A stretch of DNA of 64,000 nucleotides from Candidatus Goldiibacteriota bacterium (GTDB taxonomy: Bacteria; Oederibacteriota; PGYV01; DYJU01): NCBI GenBank assembly GCA_938034975.1, contig CALHNI010000007.1:5036-69035 (forward strand), given 5' to 3'. Positions 26,723 to 37,075 of the stretch are shown here, in pieces. A program made the translations under genes and the position numbers. The notes beneath the pieces were generated by a model. It made no database searches and was not told the origin of the DNA. It was given only the letters and a program-made list of their open reading frames with translations. Within the stretch, counting starts at the first letter, position 1. Each line of letters opens with the position of its first letter.

Positions 26723-28114
26723 ATGCTTATCTTTAATAAAAAAACAAATCTGTTTGAAGAAGAGTTTTATAATTATCAGTTGCAGGATGTCAGTGAGCCA
26801 CAACTATTCAGGGATATGTTCCCTTATGATGATGTCCCGCGGGTTATTTTTAACCAGAGAGTAGTTCCGTTAAATGTGCCTGATGAAATATGGATCACTG
26901 ATACAACTTTTCGTGATGGGCAACAATCATTACCACCTTTTAAAGTAGAAGATATTGTTCATCTTTATGATTTGATGCATAAACTTGATAATGATAATGG
27001 TTTAATCCGTCAGACAGAATTTTTTCTTTATACAAAAAAGGACAGAGAAGCTGTTGAAAAATGTCTGGCACGTGGTTATAAATATCCTGAAGTTACAGGA
27101 TGGATAAGGGCAACAGAATCTGATTTTAAATTGGTAAAAGAAATGGGTTTAAAAGAAACAGGGATTTTAACATCGGTTTCTGATTATCATATATTTTTAA
27201 AATTAAAGTGGACAAGACGTCAGGCGCTTGAAAATTATTTAAAAGTTGTAAAAGCTGCTCTTGATAATGGAATTATCCCACGCTGCCATTTTGAAGATAT
27301 AACAAGGGCTGATATTTATGGATTTGTAATTCCGTTTGCTTCAGAACTTATGAAATTATCCCAGAGTTATAAAATGCCTGTAAAAATACGTGCCTGCGAT
27401 ACAATGGGTTATGGTATTGCTTTAACAGGGGCTGCTTTGCCAAGAAATGTGCATGGAATAATGTATGGGTTAAATAAGCACGCCGGTGTTCCGTGTGAAT
27501 GGCTTGAATGGCATGGTCACAATGATTTTTATCGTGGAGTTACTAATGCTGTGCATGCCTGGCTTTATGGTGGTTCTGCAGCCAATGGCGCATGGCTTGG
27601 TATTGGTGAAAGAACCGGAAATACACCTATAGAAGCATTGATAATAGAATATTTTGCTTTTCGTGGAAGAGAAGGAAAAGAAAAAGTTGATACAACCGTA
27701 ATCACAGAAATAGCAGAATATATGGAAAAAAATATGGGTATTGAAATTCCGGGTAAACAACCGTTTGTTGGAAAAAATTTTAATGTAACTAAGGCAGGCA
27801 TTCATGCTGACGGTGTTATGAAAAACGAAGAAATATATAATATCTTTAATACAAAGAAAATATTAAACAGGTCTATTGGAGTTGAAATAACAGATAAATC
27901 AGGACTTGCCGGGATTGCTTTCTGGATAAACGATTATTTTAAATTACCTGATAATGAAAAGGTAAGTAAAGATAGTGAAGGTGTTAAAAAGATAAAAGAA
28001 GAAATTGATAAAGAGTTTGAAAAAGGAAGAGTTATAAGCATTTCAAAAGAAGAGATGATAGAGTATACGAAAAAATTTCTTTATGATATTTATAAAAAAT
28101 ACAACAAGGAGTAA
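26723..28114 (+). CDS. HMGL-like aldolase of the homocitrate/isopropylmalate synthase family, probable Re-citrate synthase
   Basis: [10 protein letters not shown] and HGHNDF motifs. About 460 aa with an N-terminal extension. Immediately followed by icd, mdh and fumarase, and no Si-type gltA is in the window. Confidence 0.6.
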   Translation: MLIFNKKTNLFEEEFYNYQLQDVSEPQLFRDMFPYDDVPRVIFNQRVVPLNVPDEIWITDTTFRDGQQSLPPFKVEDIVHLYDLMHKLDNDNGLIRQTEFFLYTKKDREAVEKCLARGYKYPEVTGWIRATESDFKLVKEMGLKETGILTSVSDYHIFLKLKWTRRQALENYLKVVKAALDNGIIPRCHFEDITRADIYGFVIPFASELMKLSQSYKMPVKIRACDTMGYGIALTGAALPRNVHGIMYGLNKHAGVPCEWLEWHGHNDFYRGVTNAVHAWLYGGSAANGAWLGIGERTGNTPIEALIIEYFAFRGREGKEKVDTTVITEIAEYMEKNMGIEIPGKQPFVGKNFNVTKAGIHADGVMKNEEIYNIFNTKKILNRSIGVEITDKSGLAGIAFWINDYFKLPDNEKVSKDSEGVKKIKEEIDKEFEKGRVISISKEEMIEYTKKFLYDIYKKYNKE

Positions 28115-28116
28115 AA

Positions 28117-29322
28117 ATGTCAGAAAAGATTTTTTATAATGAAAAAGATGAACTGGTTGTTCCTGATAATCCCATTATTTGTTTTATAGAGGGTGATGGA
28201 ACAGGACCAGATATCTGGTCTGCTTCCAGAAGGGTTTTTGATGCTGCTATTGAAAAGGCTTATAATGGAACAAAAAAAATAGATTGGAAACAGATTCTTG
28301 CAGGAGAAAAGGCAAAAGAAAAAACAGGTAATTATTTACCGGAAGAAACAATAGAGGCAATAAAAGAACATATAGTTGCGATAAAGGGTCCTTTAACTAC
28401 GCCAATAGGTGGAGGGATAAGGAGTTTAAATGTGACATTGAGACAACGACTTGACCTTTTTGCCTGTGTAAGGCCTGTAAGGTATTTTCAAGGAGTTCCT
28501 TCACCAGTTAAAAACCCGGAAAAATTAAATATAGTTATTTTCAGGGAAAATACGGAAGATGTTTATGCTGGAATAGAATGGGAAGCAGGAACTTCAGATG
28601 CAAAAGAAATTATTAATTTTATAAATGATTCTTTTAATAAAACTTTGCTCATAGAAAGCGGTATAGGTATAAAACCGATGAGTGAGTTTTGCACAAGACG
28701 TTTAATGCGTATGGCAATAAATTATGCAATAAAAAATAAAAGAAAAAGTATAACAATTATGCATAAAGGAAATATAATGAAGTTTACAGAAGGTGCATTT
28801 GTAAAATGGGCAATAAAAGAAGCAGAAGAAAATTTCAGGGATGTAATAATAAAAGAGTCAGAAATTGCAGAAGGGAAAAACCCTGATGGTAAAATTATAA
28901 TAAAAGACCGACTTGCAGATTCAATGTTTCAGCAGATTTTGTTAAGGCCTGATGAATATGATATAATAGTTACCCCTAATTTAAACGGTGATTATTTATC
29001 AGATGCAGCAGCAGCCCAGGTTGGAGGGCTTGGTATGGCGCCAGGTGCAAATATAGGGAAATATGCACTTTTTGAAGCAACTCATGGGACAGCGCCTAAA
29101 TATGCAGGCTTGGATAAAGTAAATCCTTCATCTCTTATATTATCAGGTGTTATGATGTTTGAATTCTTATCCTTAAATGAAGCCGCTGATTTGATAATTA
29201 AATCTTTGGAAAAGACAATACAGGAAAAATATGTGACGTATGATCTTGCAAGGCAGATGCAGGATGCCAAAGAAGTAAAATGTTCGGAGTTTGCAGATAG
29301 AATAATTCAGAATATGGTTTAA
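28117..29322 (+). CDS. icd: NADP-dependent isocitrate dehydrogenase
   Basis: [35 protein letters not shown] and [19 protein letters not shown] motifs. Confidence 0.9.
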   Translation: MSEKIFYNEKDELVVPDNPIICFIEGDGTGPDIWSASRRVFDAAIEKAYNGTKKIDWKQILAGEKAKEKTGNYLPEETIEAIKEHIVAIKGPLTTPIGGGIRSLNVTLRQRLDLFACVRPVRYFQGVPSPVKNPEKLNIVIFRENTEDVYAGIEWEAGTSDAKEIINFINDSFNKTLLIESGIGIKPMSEFCTRRLMRMAINYAIKNKRKSITIMHKGNIMKFTEGAFVKWAIKEAEENFRDVIIKESEIAEGKNPDGKIIIKDRLADSMFQQILLRPDEYDIIVTPNLNGDYLSDAAAAQVGGLGMAPGANIGKYALFEATHGTAPKYAGLDKVNPSSLILSGVMMFEFLSLNEAADLIIKSLEKTIQEKYVTYDLARQMQDAKEVKCSEFADRIIQNMV

Positions 29323-29375
29323 ATATCTTTTATAAATTATAAAAATCACCATAAATTAATAAAGGAGAAAAATTT

Positions 29376-30302
29376 ATGAAATTTGGAATAATAGGTGCTG
29401 GTAATGTCGGAGCAACTATTGCCCACATTTTGCTTTTTAAAAATTATGGTGATATTTATCTTCTTGATATTGCAGAAGATATTGCAAAAGGAAAAGCCAT
29501 AGATCTTAACCAGTCAAAGTTTCTTTTTAATTCAGAATATTCAGTTAAAGGCGGTAATGATTATTTAGAAATCAAAGATGCGGATTTTATTATTATAACA
29601 GCTGGACTTGCAAGAAAACCCGGGATGTCCCGTGATGATTTGCTTTTTAAAAATTTTGAAATTTTAAAAGATATATGTATTAAAATAAAAGAATTTAAAA
29701 AAGAACCGTTTATAATAGTTGTTTCAAATCCGCTTGATATAATGGCTTATACAGCATATAAAATACTTGGTTTTTCAAAATCTAAAATACTTGGAATGGC
29801 AGGTGTCCTGGATTCATACAGATTCATGCATTTTATCCAGAATACATTTGAAACTAAAACAACCAAAATTGAAGCAATGACTCTGGGGTCTCATGGTGAT
29901 ACGATGGTGCCTTTAACTTCAAAGGTGAGGGTTGATGGAGAATTATTAATCAGTAAAATTTTACCGGAAAAAATAAAGGAAATAGAAGAAAAAACGAAAA
30001 ACGGCGGAGCAGAAATTGTTAATTTGCTTAAATCTGGCAGTGCTTACTATGCGCCGGCTGCAGCAGTTGTAAGAATGATTGATGCGATTGTAAATGATGA
30101 AAATATAGTGTTGCCGTGTTCTGTGTATGCTGAAGGCGAATATGGAATAAATGATATTTTTATAGGTTTGCCAGCATTATTAAACAAAAACGGGTTTGAA
30201 AGAGTTGAAATTTTAGATATTTCACAGGATGAAAAGAATAAACTTTTAAATTCAGCAAATTCAATAAAAGAACAAATAAATAAAATAAATAATAAAATTT
30301 GA
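29376..30302 (+). CDS. mdh: Malate dehydrogenase (LDH-like family)
   Basis: GAGNVGAT Rossmann motif, GLARKPGMSRDDL substrate loop with the MDH-type Arg, and GSHGDTMVP. Confidence 0.85.
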   Translation: MKFGIIGAGNVGATIAHILLFKNYGDIYLLDIAEDIAKGKAIDLNQSKFLFNSEYSVKGGNDYLEIKDADFIIITAGLARKPGMSRDDLLFKNFEILKDICIKIKEFKKEPFIIVVSNPLDIMAYTAYKILGFSKSKILGMAGVLDSYRFMHFIQNTFETKTTKIEAMTLGSHGDTMVPLTSKVRVDGELLISKILPEKIKEIEEKTKNGGAEIVNLLKSGSAYYAPAAAVVRMIDAIVNDENIVLPCSVYAEGEYGINDIFIGLPALLNKNGFERVEILDISQDEKNKLLNSANSIKEQINKINNKI

Positions 30303-30312
30303 AAAGATAAAA

Positions 30313-31149
30313 ATGCGTGTAATTAATCAAAAAGAAATTACTGCAAAAATAAAAAAAGCAGTTATTGATGCAAATCATTTTTTACCTTATGATGTTATTT
30401 CAGCAATTAAAAAGGCGGCTAATAAAGAGAAAAATAAGTTAGCAAAGACTTGTTTATATAAAATAATTGAGAATGCCAAAAAAGCAAAAAAGGGAATTTT
30501 CCCTTTGTGTCAGGACACAGGACTTGTCGTAGTTTTTATTGAACAAGGAGATAATGTAAAAATAAACGGTGATATTTATGCAGCTATAAATGAAGGTATA
30601 AAAGAAGGATACAGTGAAGGTTTTTTAAGAAAATCAACAGCGGATCCACTAACACGGCAGAATTTAAATACCAATACACCTGCAATTATTCATTATGATA
30701 TAGCAAAAGGTTCTTTATTAAAAATTTCATTGCTTATCAAAGGTGCTGGTTCAGAAAATAAATCAGCTGTTAAAATGTTAACTCCAGCAGATGGAAAAGA
30801 AGGCATAATTGAATTTGTTATTGACACGGTAAAAAAAGCAGGCGCATCTGCCTGTCCGCCATATATAATAGGTGTTGGAATAGGCGGGAATCTTGAAATT
30901 GCACCTTATCTTGCCAAAAAGGCATTGTTGAGAAAAATAAATGATACAAATAGAGACAGAGAGTTGTCTTTGTTGGAAAAAGTTTTATTAAAAAAAATAA
31001 ATAGTTTAAAAATCGGTGCATTTGGTTTTGGTGGTGATACAACGGCGCTTGCGGTTAAAATAGAAATGCAACCATGCCATATAGCGAGTTTACCTGTTGC
31101 AGTAAATATACAATGTCATTCTGCAAGACATAAAGTTATAAATATTTAA
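30313..31149 (+). CDS. Class I Fe-S hydro-lyase alpha subunit (fumarate hydratase / tartrate dehydratase type)
   Basis: [12 protein letters not shown] motif and 278 aa N-terminal-domain homolog. Fumarase is favoured by the adjacent mdh. Confidence 0.8.
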   Translation: MRVINQKEITAKIKKAVIDANHFLPYDVISAIKKAANKEKNKLAKTCLYKIIENAKKAKKGIFPLCQDTGLVVVFIEQGDNVKINGDIYAAINEGIKEGYSEGFLRKSTADPLTRQNLNTNTPAIIHYDIAKGSLLKISLLIKGAGSENKSAVKMLTPADGKEGIIEFVIDTVKKAGASACPPYIIGVGIGGNLEIAPYLAKKALLRKINDTNRDRELSLLEKVLLKKINSLKIGAFGFGGDTTALAVKIEMQPCHIASLPVAVNIQCHSARHKVINI

Positions 31150-31163
31150 AGAAAGGAGTTTTT

Positions 31164-31700
31164 ATGAAAGAAATAATAACGCCATTGACTGATGATATTA
31201 TATTTGATTTGGAAGCAGGAGATGAAGTTTTAATATCAGGACCAATTTATACGATGCGTGATATGGCTCATAAAAAAATTACAGAAATATTGGAAAAAAA
31301 TGAAACTTTGCCTTTTGATATAAAAAATCAGATTATTTATTATTGTGGACCTACACCTGCAAAAAAAGGGAAAAAAATAGGTGCTTGTGGACCAACTACT
31401 TCTTCACGAATGGATAAATATACACCTATACTTTTAAAATATGGAGTTAAGGGTTTAATAGGCAAAGGCGAAAGATCAGAAGAGGTAAAACAGGCATTGA
31501 AAAAATATAATGCAATTTACTTTTCTGCATTAGGTGGGTTAGGAGCAGAATACGCAGGTTATGTGATTTCGTCAGAGATTGTGGCATTTCCGGAACTTGG
31601 ACCAGAAGCCGTTTATAAATTGACGGTAGAAGATTTTTATGCTGTTGTAATAAACGATATAAAAGGTAATGATTTTTATTTGATAAACAAATATCATTAA
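31164..31700 (+). CDS. Class I Fe-S hydro-lyase beta subunit (fumarate hydratase C-terminal domain)
   Basis: GPIYTMRDMAHKK, GPTTSSRMD and IGKGERS motifs. Confidence 0.8.
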   Translation: MKEIITPLTDDIIFDLEAGDEVLISGPIYTMRDMAHKKITEILEKNETLPFDIKNQIIYYCGPTPAKKGKKIGACGPTTSSRMDKYTPILLKYGVKGLIGKGERSEEVKQALKKYNAIYFSALGGLGAEYAGYVISSEIVAFPELGPEAVYKLTVEDFYAVVINDIKGNDFYLINKYH

Positions 31701-31706
31701 TAAAAA

Positions 31707-31734
31707 ATATCCCGGCAAAAATTCGCCGGGATAT
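31707..31734. terminator. Hairpin between the convergent fumarase-beta and hsp20 genes
   Basis: ATATCCCGGC - 8 nt loop - GCCGGGATAT, with A/T-rich flanks on both sides. Confidence 0.6.
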
Positions 31735-31736
31735 TC

Positions 31737-32165
31737 TTATTCAATCTTTATTTCTTTTGGTTTTTTAGATTCTTTTTTCTGAATGTCAATTGATAAAACT
31801 CCATTTTCATACTTGGCTTTTATTTTTTCAATGTCAGCATCGTTTGGCAGGACAAATTTTCTTTCAAAAGCACCATAACTTCTTTCATAATAATAATATT
31901 TTTTGTCTTTGTCTTCTTCGTTTCTTTCATGCTTTCTTTCACCAGAAATACTTAGAATATTATCGGTAAGCTCAATCTTAATATCATCTTGTTTTAACCC
32001 TGGAAGATCAGCTTTTAATACGTATTTGTCTTTTTCTTCAACAATGTCAACCGCTGGTGCTAATCTGGTGCTTGATGTTAAAAAATCCCTGCCAAAAAAG
32101 TCATCAAAAATGTCCGAAAAAATGTCTCTTGAAACCGATCTGCCCTGATGTCTTATTAGTTTCAT
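31737..32165 (-). CDS. Hsp20/alpha-crystallin small heat-shock protein
   Basis: PAVDIVEEKDKYVLKADLPG...ELTDNILSISGER...GAFERKFVLP...A.YENGVL alpha-crystallin pattern. The ATG at 32165 has GGAGG 9 nt upstream. Confidence 0.9.
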   Translation of the reverse strand: MKLIRHQGRSVSRDIFSDIFDDFFGRDFLTSSTRLAPAVDIVEEKDKYVLKADLPGLKQDDIKIELTDNILSISGERKHERNEEDKDKKYYYYERSYGAFERKFVLPNDADIEKIKAKYENGVLSIDIQKKESKKPKEIKIE

Positions 32166-32258
32166 TTTAACCAACCTCCTTTCATTTGATTTTTTTATTA
32201 AAATACAAAAGCATAAATTATGCCAGAAATTTTTTTATAAAAAAATATGGAAATTATA

Positions 32259-32464
32259 CCGTAAAAAGCATTGGAAAATGCGTTTTTATAAAAAGATAAA
32301 TATTTTTATCATTTTTATTTAATAAATTTTTGTTTTACTTTGATTAGCATGTTTTTTAATTAAAAAATAAAATATACATGTAGTTTTAAATTTTTGTTAT
32401 TTAATAACATTTTTATTGTATATTTTTCTCAATAAAATCACAATTTTCTATTGCTATTTGCAGG
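32259..32464 (-). repeat. Two-hairpin intergenic repeat, diverged full copy (E)
   Basis: Hairpin-2 is CCGTAAAAAGCATTGGAAAATGCGTTTTTATA at 32259-32290. The shared internal block is ATCATTTTTATTTAATAAATTTTTG. A hairpin-1-like end lies at 32428-32464. Confidence 0.7.
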
Positions 32465-32539
32465 TTATATATTTATTTGGAAAATTAAATTGTTTAAAAA
32501 TTTGATACTGATTGTTTTATTTTGAAACGCGTTGAAAAA

Positions 32540-34513
32540 TTATTTATATATAGTGCTTTTTATAGAAATTTCAACACGCCTGTTTTTTGATCTGCCTTCT
32601 TCTGTATCATTTGTATCTACAGGAAAATCTTCACCATATCCAACTGTGGATATTCTTTTTTCATCAACAGAAAGTAAATTCACCATAAAAAATTTAACTG
32701 CATCAGCCCTTGCCTTTGATAATTCCTTATTTGTCAAATATCTTGTTCCAGAAGGTGGTATATTATCAGTATGTCCGGCAACAACTATTTCTGATTCAGG
32801 ATATTGGTCAAGAACTTTTTTCATTGTTTTTAATGTATTGTATGCTGTGATTTTAACATCTGCTTTGCCAAGGTCAAAAAGTGCATCAGATGAAAATGTA
32901 AGTTTTATTTCTTTTAAAAGAACAACCTGGGATTTGGGAGAAGATTGGGATTTATTCCCAACAGTGTCATAGGCAATTAAACTATAATAATAAATTTCTC
33001 CTGTTTTAACATATTCGCCGTTATTTCCTTTACCATCCCACATAAAAGTTTTAGGTGGTATACCATTACCACCTGTTGAATAAAAAATATTTTTGTTTGC
33101 ATCCCATATAATAAATTGCCATTTTAATATTGAATTTTTATCAATTGCGGAAAAACTGAAAGTTGCAGGTATTATAAGCGCTTCTTTTTCTCCTGGTTTT
33201 AAATATTTAGGGTTGGCATCTACGAAAATATCAGGAGGTGTATTATCTATTTCAAAGGATACTTTATTTGACTCTGATGTGCCATTTTCATATTCTACTG
33301 AAATAGATGCCTGATAAACGTCATCTTTTAATACTTGCATATTTATAGTTCCGTTAAAAGCAATTGATTTTTCAAGAGGAAGTTTTAAAAGCGGGGTTGT
33401 AAATAAAATTTTTCCTGAACTGTCAAAGATATTTAATTTTGCAGATTTAATACCTGTTTTGGATTTTAAATTGGGGAAAAAATAAGTAAAATCAATAAAT
33501 TTATCATTGTTTGGTGAAAAGACAAAAGGAGATACTTTCAAAGAAACCGGCGGTGCGCCCCAGGAATAAATAAGTGAGAATCTGTGTGTGTTGCCTAATT
33601 CTTCATATTTAATAAAAGAATAATCAAATTCAAAACCTGCGTATTTAATTCCAAGACCAAAAGTAGGATGTTCAAAAGCACCGGTTTTATAACCTGCTCT
33701 TAAAGCAATTGTGTTATATAGCCAGTATTCAAATCCTAAATTATAAATTGATTCGTAATCCTGCTGAATAATTGCCTGGGCTGCGACCAAAAAATCCCAG
33801 TTAAAAACCAGTATTTTATCAGATATTCCAATTTTAAAAGTTTTAGGTGCTTCAAAACCTGTTTTATCTATTTTAAGTTCATTACCTAAGTTACAAAAAG
33901 TTGCTCCTAATCTTAAAAAACTTTCACCAAAAGTTGCTTTATACATAAAACCAATATCAGATGTAATGTTTGATCCATTTAAATTATCTATGTTTTGGGA
34001 TGAATATCTGAGTAAAATTCCTGCTGAATAATTTTCTGTAATATCAAAAGCAAATGCGGTTCCTATGGAATAATCAAATGGATAAAAATATTTATCAATA
34101 AATGAATTAAAATCAATCCCGCTGTTTAAATAAGAGTTATCATACGAAGGAAGCTCTCTGGTTTTTGCTATCTTATCAACCTGAAACCATGAAAGTGAAA
34201 TTCCGATTTTTGCAATATCAAGAAAAGGAAAAGGAGAAACAAAAGATAAAAATTCATATTTAAGTCCCTGAAACCATTCAATATGTGTTGCCTGTATTTC
34301 AAAGCCGGGTATTAATAATATTCCGGTTGGATTATAATAAAGCCCGCTTGTTCCGTCAGAAACAGCAACAAATGCTTCGCCCATACCTGATGCTCTGGCA
34401 ATTGGCGGGATTTTGATAAAATTTATGCTTGTGGTTCCAACAAGTTCAGAACCACTAAAAATATTATGAGATAAAAAAAAGATAAAATAAACAAATAAAA
34501 TAAATCTTTTCAT
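32540..34513 (-). CDS. Outer-membrane fusion protein: PorV/UPF0164-like beta-barrel + Ig-like (FlgD_ig-type) modules + OmpA C-terminal domain
   Basis: Signal peptide. ARASGMGEAFVAVSDGTSGLYYNPTG is typical of PorV/UPF0164 barrels. FSPNNDKFID-type Ig modules follow. The C-terminal AGHTDN...RADAV...NRRVEI is OmpA_C. Confidence 0.8.
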   Translation of the reverse strand: MKRFILFVYFIFFLSHNIFSGSELVGTTSINFIKIPPIARASGMGEAFVAVSDGTSGLYYNPTGILLIPGFEIQATHIEWFQGLKYEFLSFVSPFPFLDIAKIGISLSWFQVDKIAKTRELPSYDNSYLNSGIDFNSFIDKYFYPFDYSIGTAFAFDITENYSAGILLRYSSQNIDNLNGSNITSDIGFMYKATFGESFLRLGATFCNLGNELKIDKTGFEAPKTFKIGISDKILVFNWDFLVAAQAIIQQDYESIYNLGFEYWLYNTIALRAGYKTGAFEHPTFGLGIKYAGFEFDYSFIKYEELGNTHRFSLIYSWGAPPVSLKVSPFVFSPNNDKFIDFTYFFPNLKSKTGIKSAKLNIFDSSGKILFTTPLLKLPLEKSIAFNGTINMQVLKDDVYQASISVEYENGTSESNKVSFEIDNTPPDIFVDANPKYLKPGEKEALIIPATFSFSAIDKNSILKWQFIIWDANKNIFYSTGGNGIPPKTFMWDGKGNNGEYVKTGEIYYYSLIAYDTVGNKSQSSPKSQVVLLKEIKLTFSSDALFDLGKADVKITAYNTLKTMKKVLDQYPESEIVVAGHTDNIPPSGTRYLTNKELSKARADAVKFFMVNLLSVDEKRISTVGYGEDFPVDTNDTEEGRSKNRRVEISIKSTIYK

Positions 34514-34579
34514 ATTGACCCTTTTTTACTTTTGAAAAAATTATATATAAAAGTATTTTAAAAGGCAAGAAAAAAAATA

Positions 34580-34607
34580 TTGACATTTTTTGAAAAGATG
34601 ATATTAT
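34580..34607 (+). promoter_or_regulatory. Sigma70-like promoter of csp
   Basis: TTGACA - 16 nt - TATTAT with extended -10 TG, followed by a roughly 60-nt leader. Confidence 0.5.
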
Positions 34608-34668
34608 TTAATGCATTATAGTAAAGTTTTACTTTACTAGATTTTTGTTTCAGGAGGTTTTACGTTTT

Positions 34669-34875
34669 ATGGCAACAGGAAAGGTGAAGTGGTTCAATGA
34701 AAAGAAAGGCTACGGATTCATTGAACAGGAAGGCGGAAAGGATGTTTTTGTGCATTACGCGGCTATTCAGGGCGACGGATTTAAGACCTTAAAAGAAGGC
34801 GAAGTCGTAACCTTTGACATAGTCGAAGGCCAGAAAGGTCCACAGGCTTCAAACGTAGTAAGATCAGCAAAATAA
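34669..34875 (+). CDS. cspA: Cold-shock protein (CspA family)
   Basis: [18 protein letters not shown] (RNP1) and DVFVHY (RNP2). GGAGG RBS. The track ORF starts earlier, at a TTG. Confidence 0.95.
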   Translation: MATGKVKWFNEKKGYGFIEQEGGKDVFVHYAAIQGDGFKTLKEGEVVTFDIVEGQKGPQASNVVRSAK

Positions 34876-34900
34876 ACTGGTTTTACCAGTAGCCATAAAG

Positions 34901-34938
34901 TTCCCGACAGGGGTTCGCTCTTGTCGGGAATTTTTTTT
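34901..34938 (+). terminator. Rho-independent terminator after csp
   Basis: TTCCCGACA - 12 nt loop - TGTCGGGAA followed by T8. Confidence 0.8.
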
Positions 34939-34959
34939 GATTAGATAAGGAGGAATTAA

Positions 34960-35109
34960 ATGGAAAAAGATTCTAAAAAAGAAAAAAGAAAAAGTAAAAC
35001 TGACCGCAGACAGGGCGAAAGAAGATGGCTTGGAAATGTTTTTCCTCAAAAGATAAATCATGAAAGAAGGAAAGGTGAAAGAAGACTTGAAAACAGAAGG
35101 GAAAAATAA
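34960..35109 (+). CDS. Candidate 49-aa highly basic small protein with (D/E)RR-x-GERR repeats
   Basis: AAGGAGG lies 6 nt upstream of the ATG. Sequence MEKDSKKEKRKSKTDRRQGERRWLGNVFPQKINHERRKGERRLENRREK. Below the size cut-off of the ORF track. Overlaps the annotated pgm start out of frame. Confidence 0.45.
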   Translation: MEKDSKKEKRKSKTDRRQGERRWLGNVFPQKINHERRKGERRLENRREK

Positions 35110-36520
35110 AATAAAATTTGGGACATCCGGCTGGCGTGGAATTATAAGTGATGATTTTACATTTGATAATGTAAAATTAGTAACACAGGCAATAGCAGAT
35201 TTTATTAAATCATCTAAAAAAGAAAAAGGAAAACCTGTGATAATAGGCGGCGATGCAAGGTTTTTATCTGAAAAATTTGCTGAGGTTGCGGCAGAAGTTA
35301 TGGCAGGTAATGGCATTGAAGTTTTATTATGCAATCGTGATACCCCGACGCCTGTTATTTCTTTTGAAATAATAAGAAGAAAAGCCGCAGGTGCTATAAA
35401 TTTTACCGCTTCACATAATCCACCTGAATACAACGGTCTTAAATTTTCTCCTTCCTGGGGTGGACCAGCAACACCTGCAGAAACTGATGTGATAGAAAAA
35501 AATATACAGAAAGTAAAAGTAGTAAAAGTAATGCCCAAAAATGATGCTTTAAAAAGAGGAATGATAAAATATTTTGAACCATCAACTTATTATTTAAAAA
35601 AATTAAAAGAAATAATAGATTTTAAAATTATAAAAAAATTAAAATCAAAAATTGTAGTTAATCCGCTTTATGCAACGGGCAGGGGTTATTTAGATAAGAT
35701 ACTAAAAGATGAAGGAGTAAAAATAAAAGTAATAAATGATTACAGGGATGTCTTATTTGGTGGTTATCCGCCAGAACCTGCTGAAAAAAATATAAAAGAT
35801 ATGATTGATACTGTAAAAAAAGAAAAAGCAATAATTGGTATTGCAACTGATGGAGATGCAGACAGATACGGTATAATTGATTCGGATGGTTCATATATTC
35901 AGGCAAATCAGATTTTGCCGCTTTTACTTGATTATATTATGAAAACGAGAAAGTGGAATGGTGTTGTTGTCCGTTCAGTTGCTACATCTCATATGCTTGA
36001 TAAAGTAGCAGAACTATATGGGTTAAAACTTATTGAAACACCTGTTGGATTTAAATATATAGGCGAAATTATGACAAAAGAAGATATAATTATAGGCGGC
36101 GAAGAAAGCAATGGCTTGACAGTTCACAGGCATATACCGGAAAAAGACGGGATTCTTGCGTGTTTACTTGTTGTTGAGATGGTAGCAAGGGAAAAAAAGA
36201 GTATAAAAGAATTGCTTTTTGATTTGCAGAAAAAAACAGGGAGATTTATAACAAAAAGAGAAAATATTAAATTGACTGAAATTGGTAAAATAAAATTACA
36301 GGAAAAATTAAAAAATTTTAATGGCAAAAAGTTTGGCGTGTTTAACATAGAAAAATTAATAACAGTTGATGGTTATAAGTTTATACTGGAAAATGGCAAC
36401 TGGGTAATGATAAGATTCTCCGGCACAGAACCAATAATAAGGTTATATGCAGAGGCAAAAGACGAAACCATACTTGACCAGATTATAAAGCAAGGGAAAG
36501 AATTTATTTTAGAAAATTGA
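35060..36520 (+). CDS. Phosphoglucomutase/phosphomannomutase family protein
   Basis: KFGTSGWRG, active-site FTASHNPPEYNGLK, metal site TDGDADR and GGEESNG. Start uncertain: ATG 35060, GTG 35075 or TTG 35087. Confidence 0.9.
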   Translation: MKEGKVKEDLKTEGKNKIKFGTSGWRGIISDDFTFDNVKLVTQAIADFIKSSKKEKGKPVIIGGDARFLSEKFAEVAAEVMAGNGIEVLLCNRDTPTPVISFEIIRRKAAGAINFTASHNPPEYNGLKFSPSWGGPATPAETDVIEKNIQKVKVVKVMPKNDALKRGMIKYFEPSTYYLKKLKEIIDFKIIKKLKSKIVVNPLYATGRGYLDKILKDEGVKIKVINDYRDVLFGGYPPEPAEKNIKDMIDTVKKEKAIIGIATDGDADRYGIIDSDGSYIQANQILPLLLDYIMKTRKWNGVVVRSVATSHMLDKVAELYGLKLIETPVGFKYIGEIMTKEDIIIGGEESNGLTVHRHIPEKDGILACLLVVEMVAREKKSIKELLFDLQKKTGRFITKRENIKLTEIGKIKLQEKLKNFNGKKFGVFNIEKLITVDGYKFILENGNWVMIRFSGTEPIIRLYAEAKDETILDQIIKQGKEFILEN

Positions 36521-36637
36521 TTTTTGAAATAAGCGTAGTTTTATTATATATTAACCCGCAACAAATTACTGCATTTGTAAAAAAATTCATTGATTTTATA
36601 TGTTTTTTAACTTTTCGTATATTACTTATATATTTTA

Positions 36638-36845
36638 CAGTAAAAATGCATTAGAAAACGCGTTTTTACGAAAAAACAAAATTTTTTTATTATTCTTATT
36701 TAATAAATTTTTATTTTTATAATGCATTACTTTTATTCACCTGCTTTTTTATTTAAAATAAAGATAAATATTTTATTTTTTAAAATAATATATTATTTTG
36801 TGTTTTTTCTTATGAAAATTGCAATCTTTTATTACGATTTCCAAG
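36638..36845 (-). repeat. Two-hairpin intergenic repeat, full copy (B)
   Basis: Hairpin-2 is CAGTAAAAATGCATTAGAAAACGCGTTTTTACG at 36638-36670. Hairpin-1 is GAAAATTGCAAT..ATTACGATTTCC at 36809-36845. Near-identical to the reverse complement of copy A. Confidence 0.9.
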
Positions 36846-37075
36846 TATTAATTTTAAATTCCTTTAATAATGCTCATTGCTATAGTCATTATTGGCGAGA
36901 ATAAGTTTTGTGATGAATAATAAATAATGCTTTAAAACGAAAAATCTATTTATTGTTTTAAATCTTTCAGGTATATACCTTATGTTTTCTTATTAACATA
37001 CGGTTTAAAATTTATTCTTGACTTTTTAAAAAAATAAATATATCAATATTAAAATTAAAAAAAGGAAAATATTAA

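Noticed and set aside
36722-36904. 60-codon ORF inside repeat copy B, and similar short ORFs inside other repeat copies (for example the AGGAG-adjacent frames in copies A, C and G)
   Set aside because: The AGGAGAAAAA next to hairpin-1 looks like an SD, but no ATG/GTG/TTG follows at proper spacing. The downstream frames differ between copies in length and sequence, so conservation is at nucleotide level rather than protein level.
36900-37075. NiCo (czcD-motif) riboswitch upstream of czcD
   Set aside because: The region is almost pure A/T, with none of the G/C-rich conserved junction nucleotides I associate with that riboswitch. This cannot be excluded without an Infernal scan.
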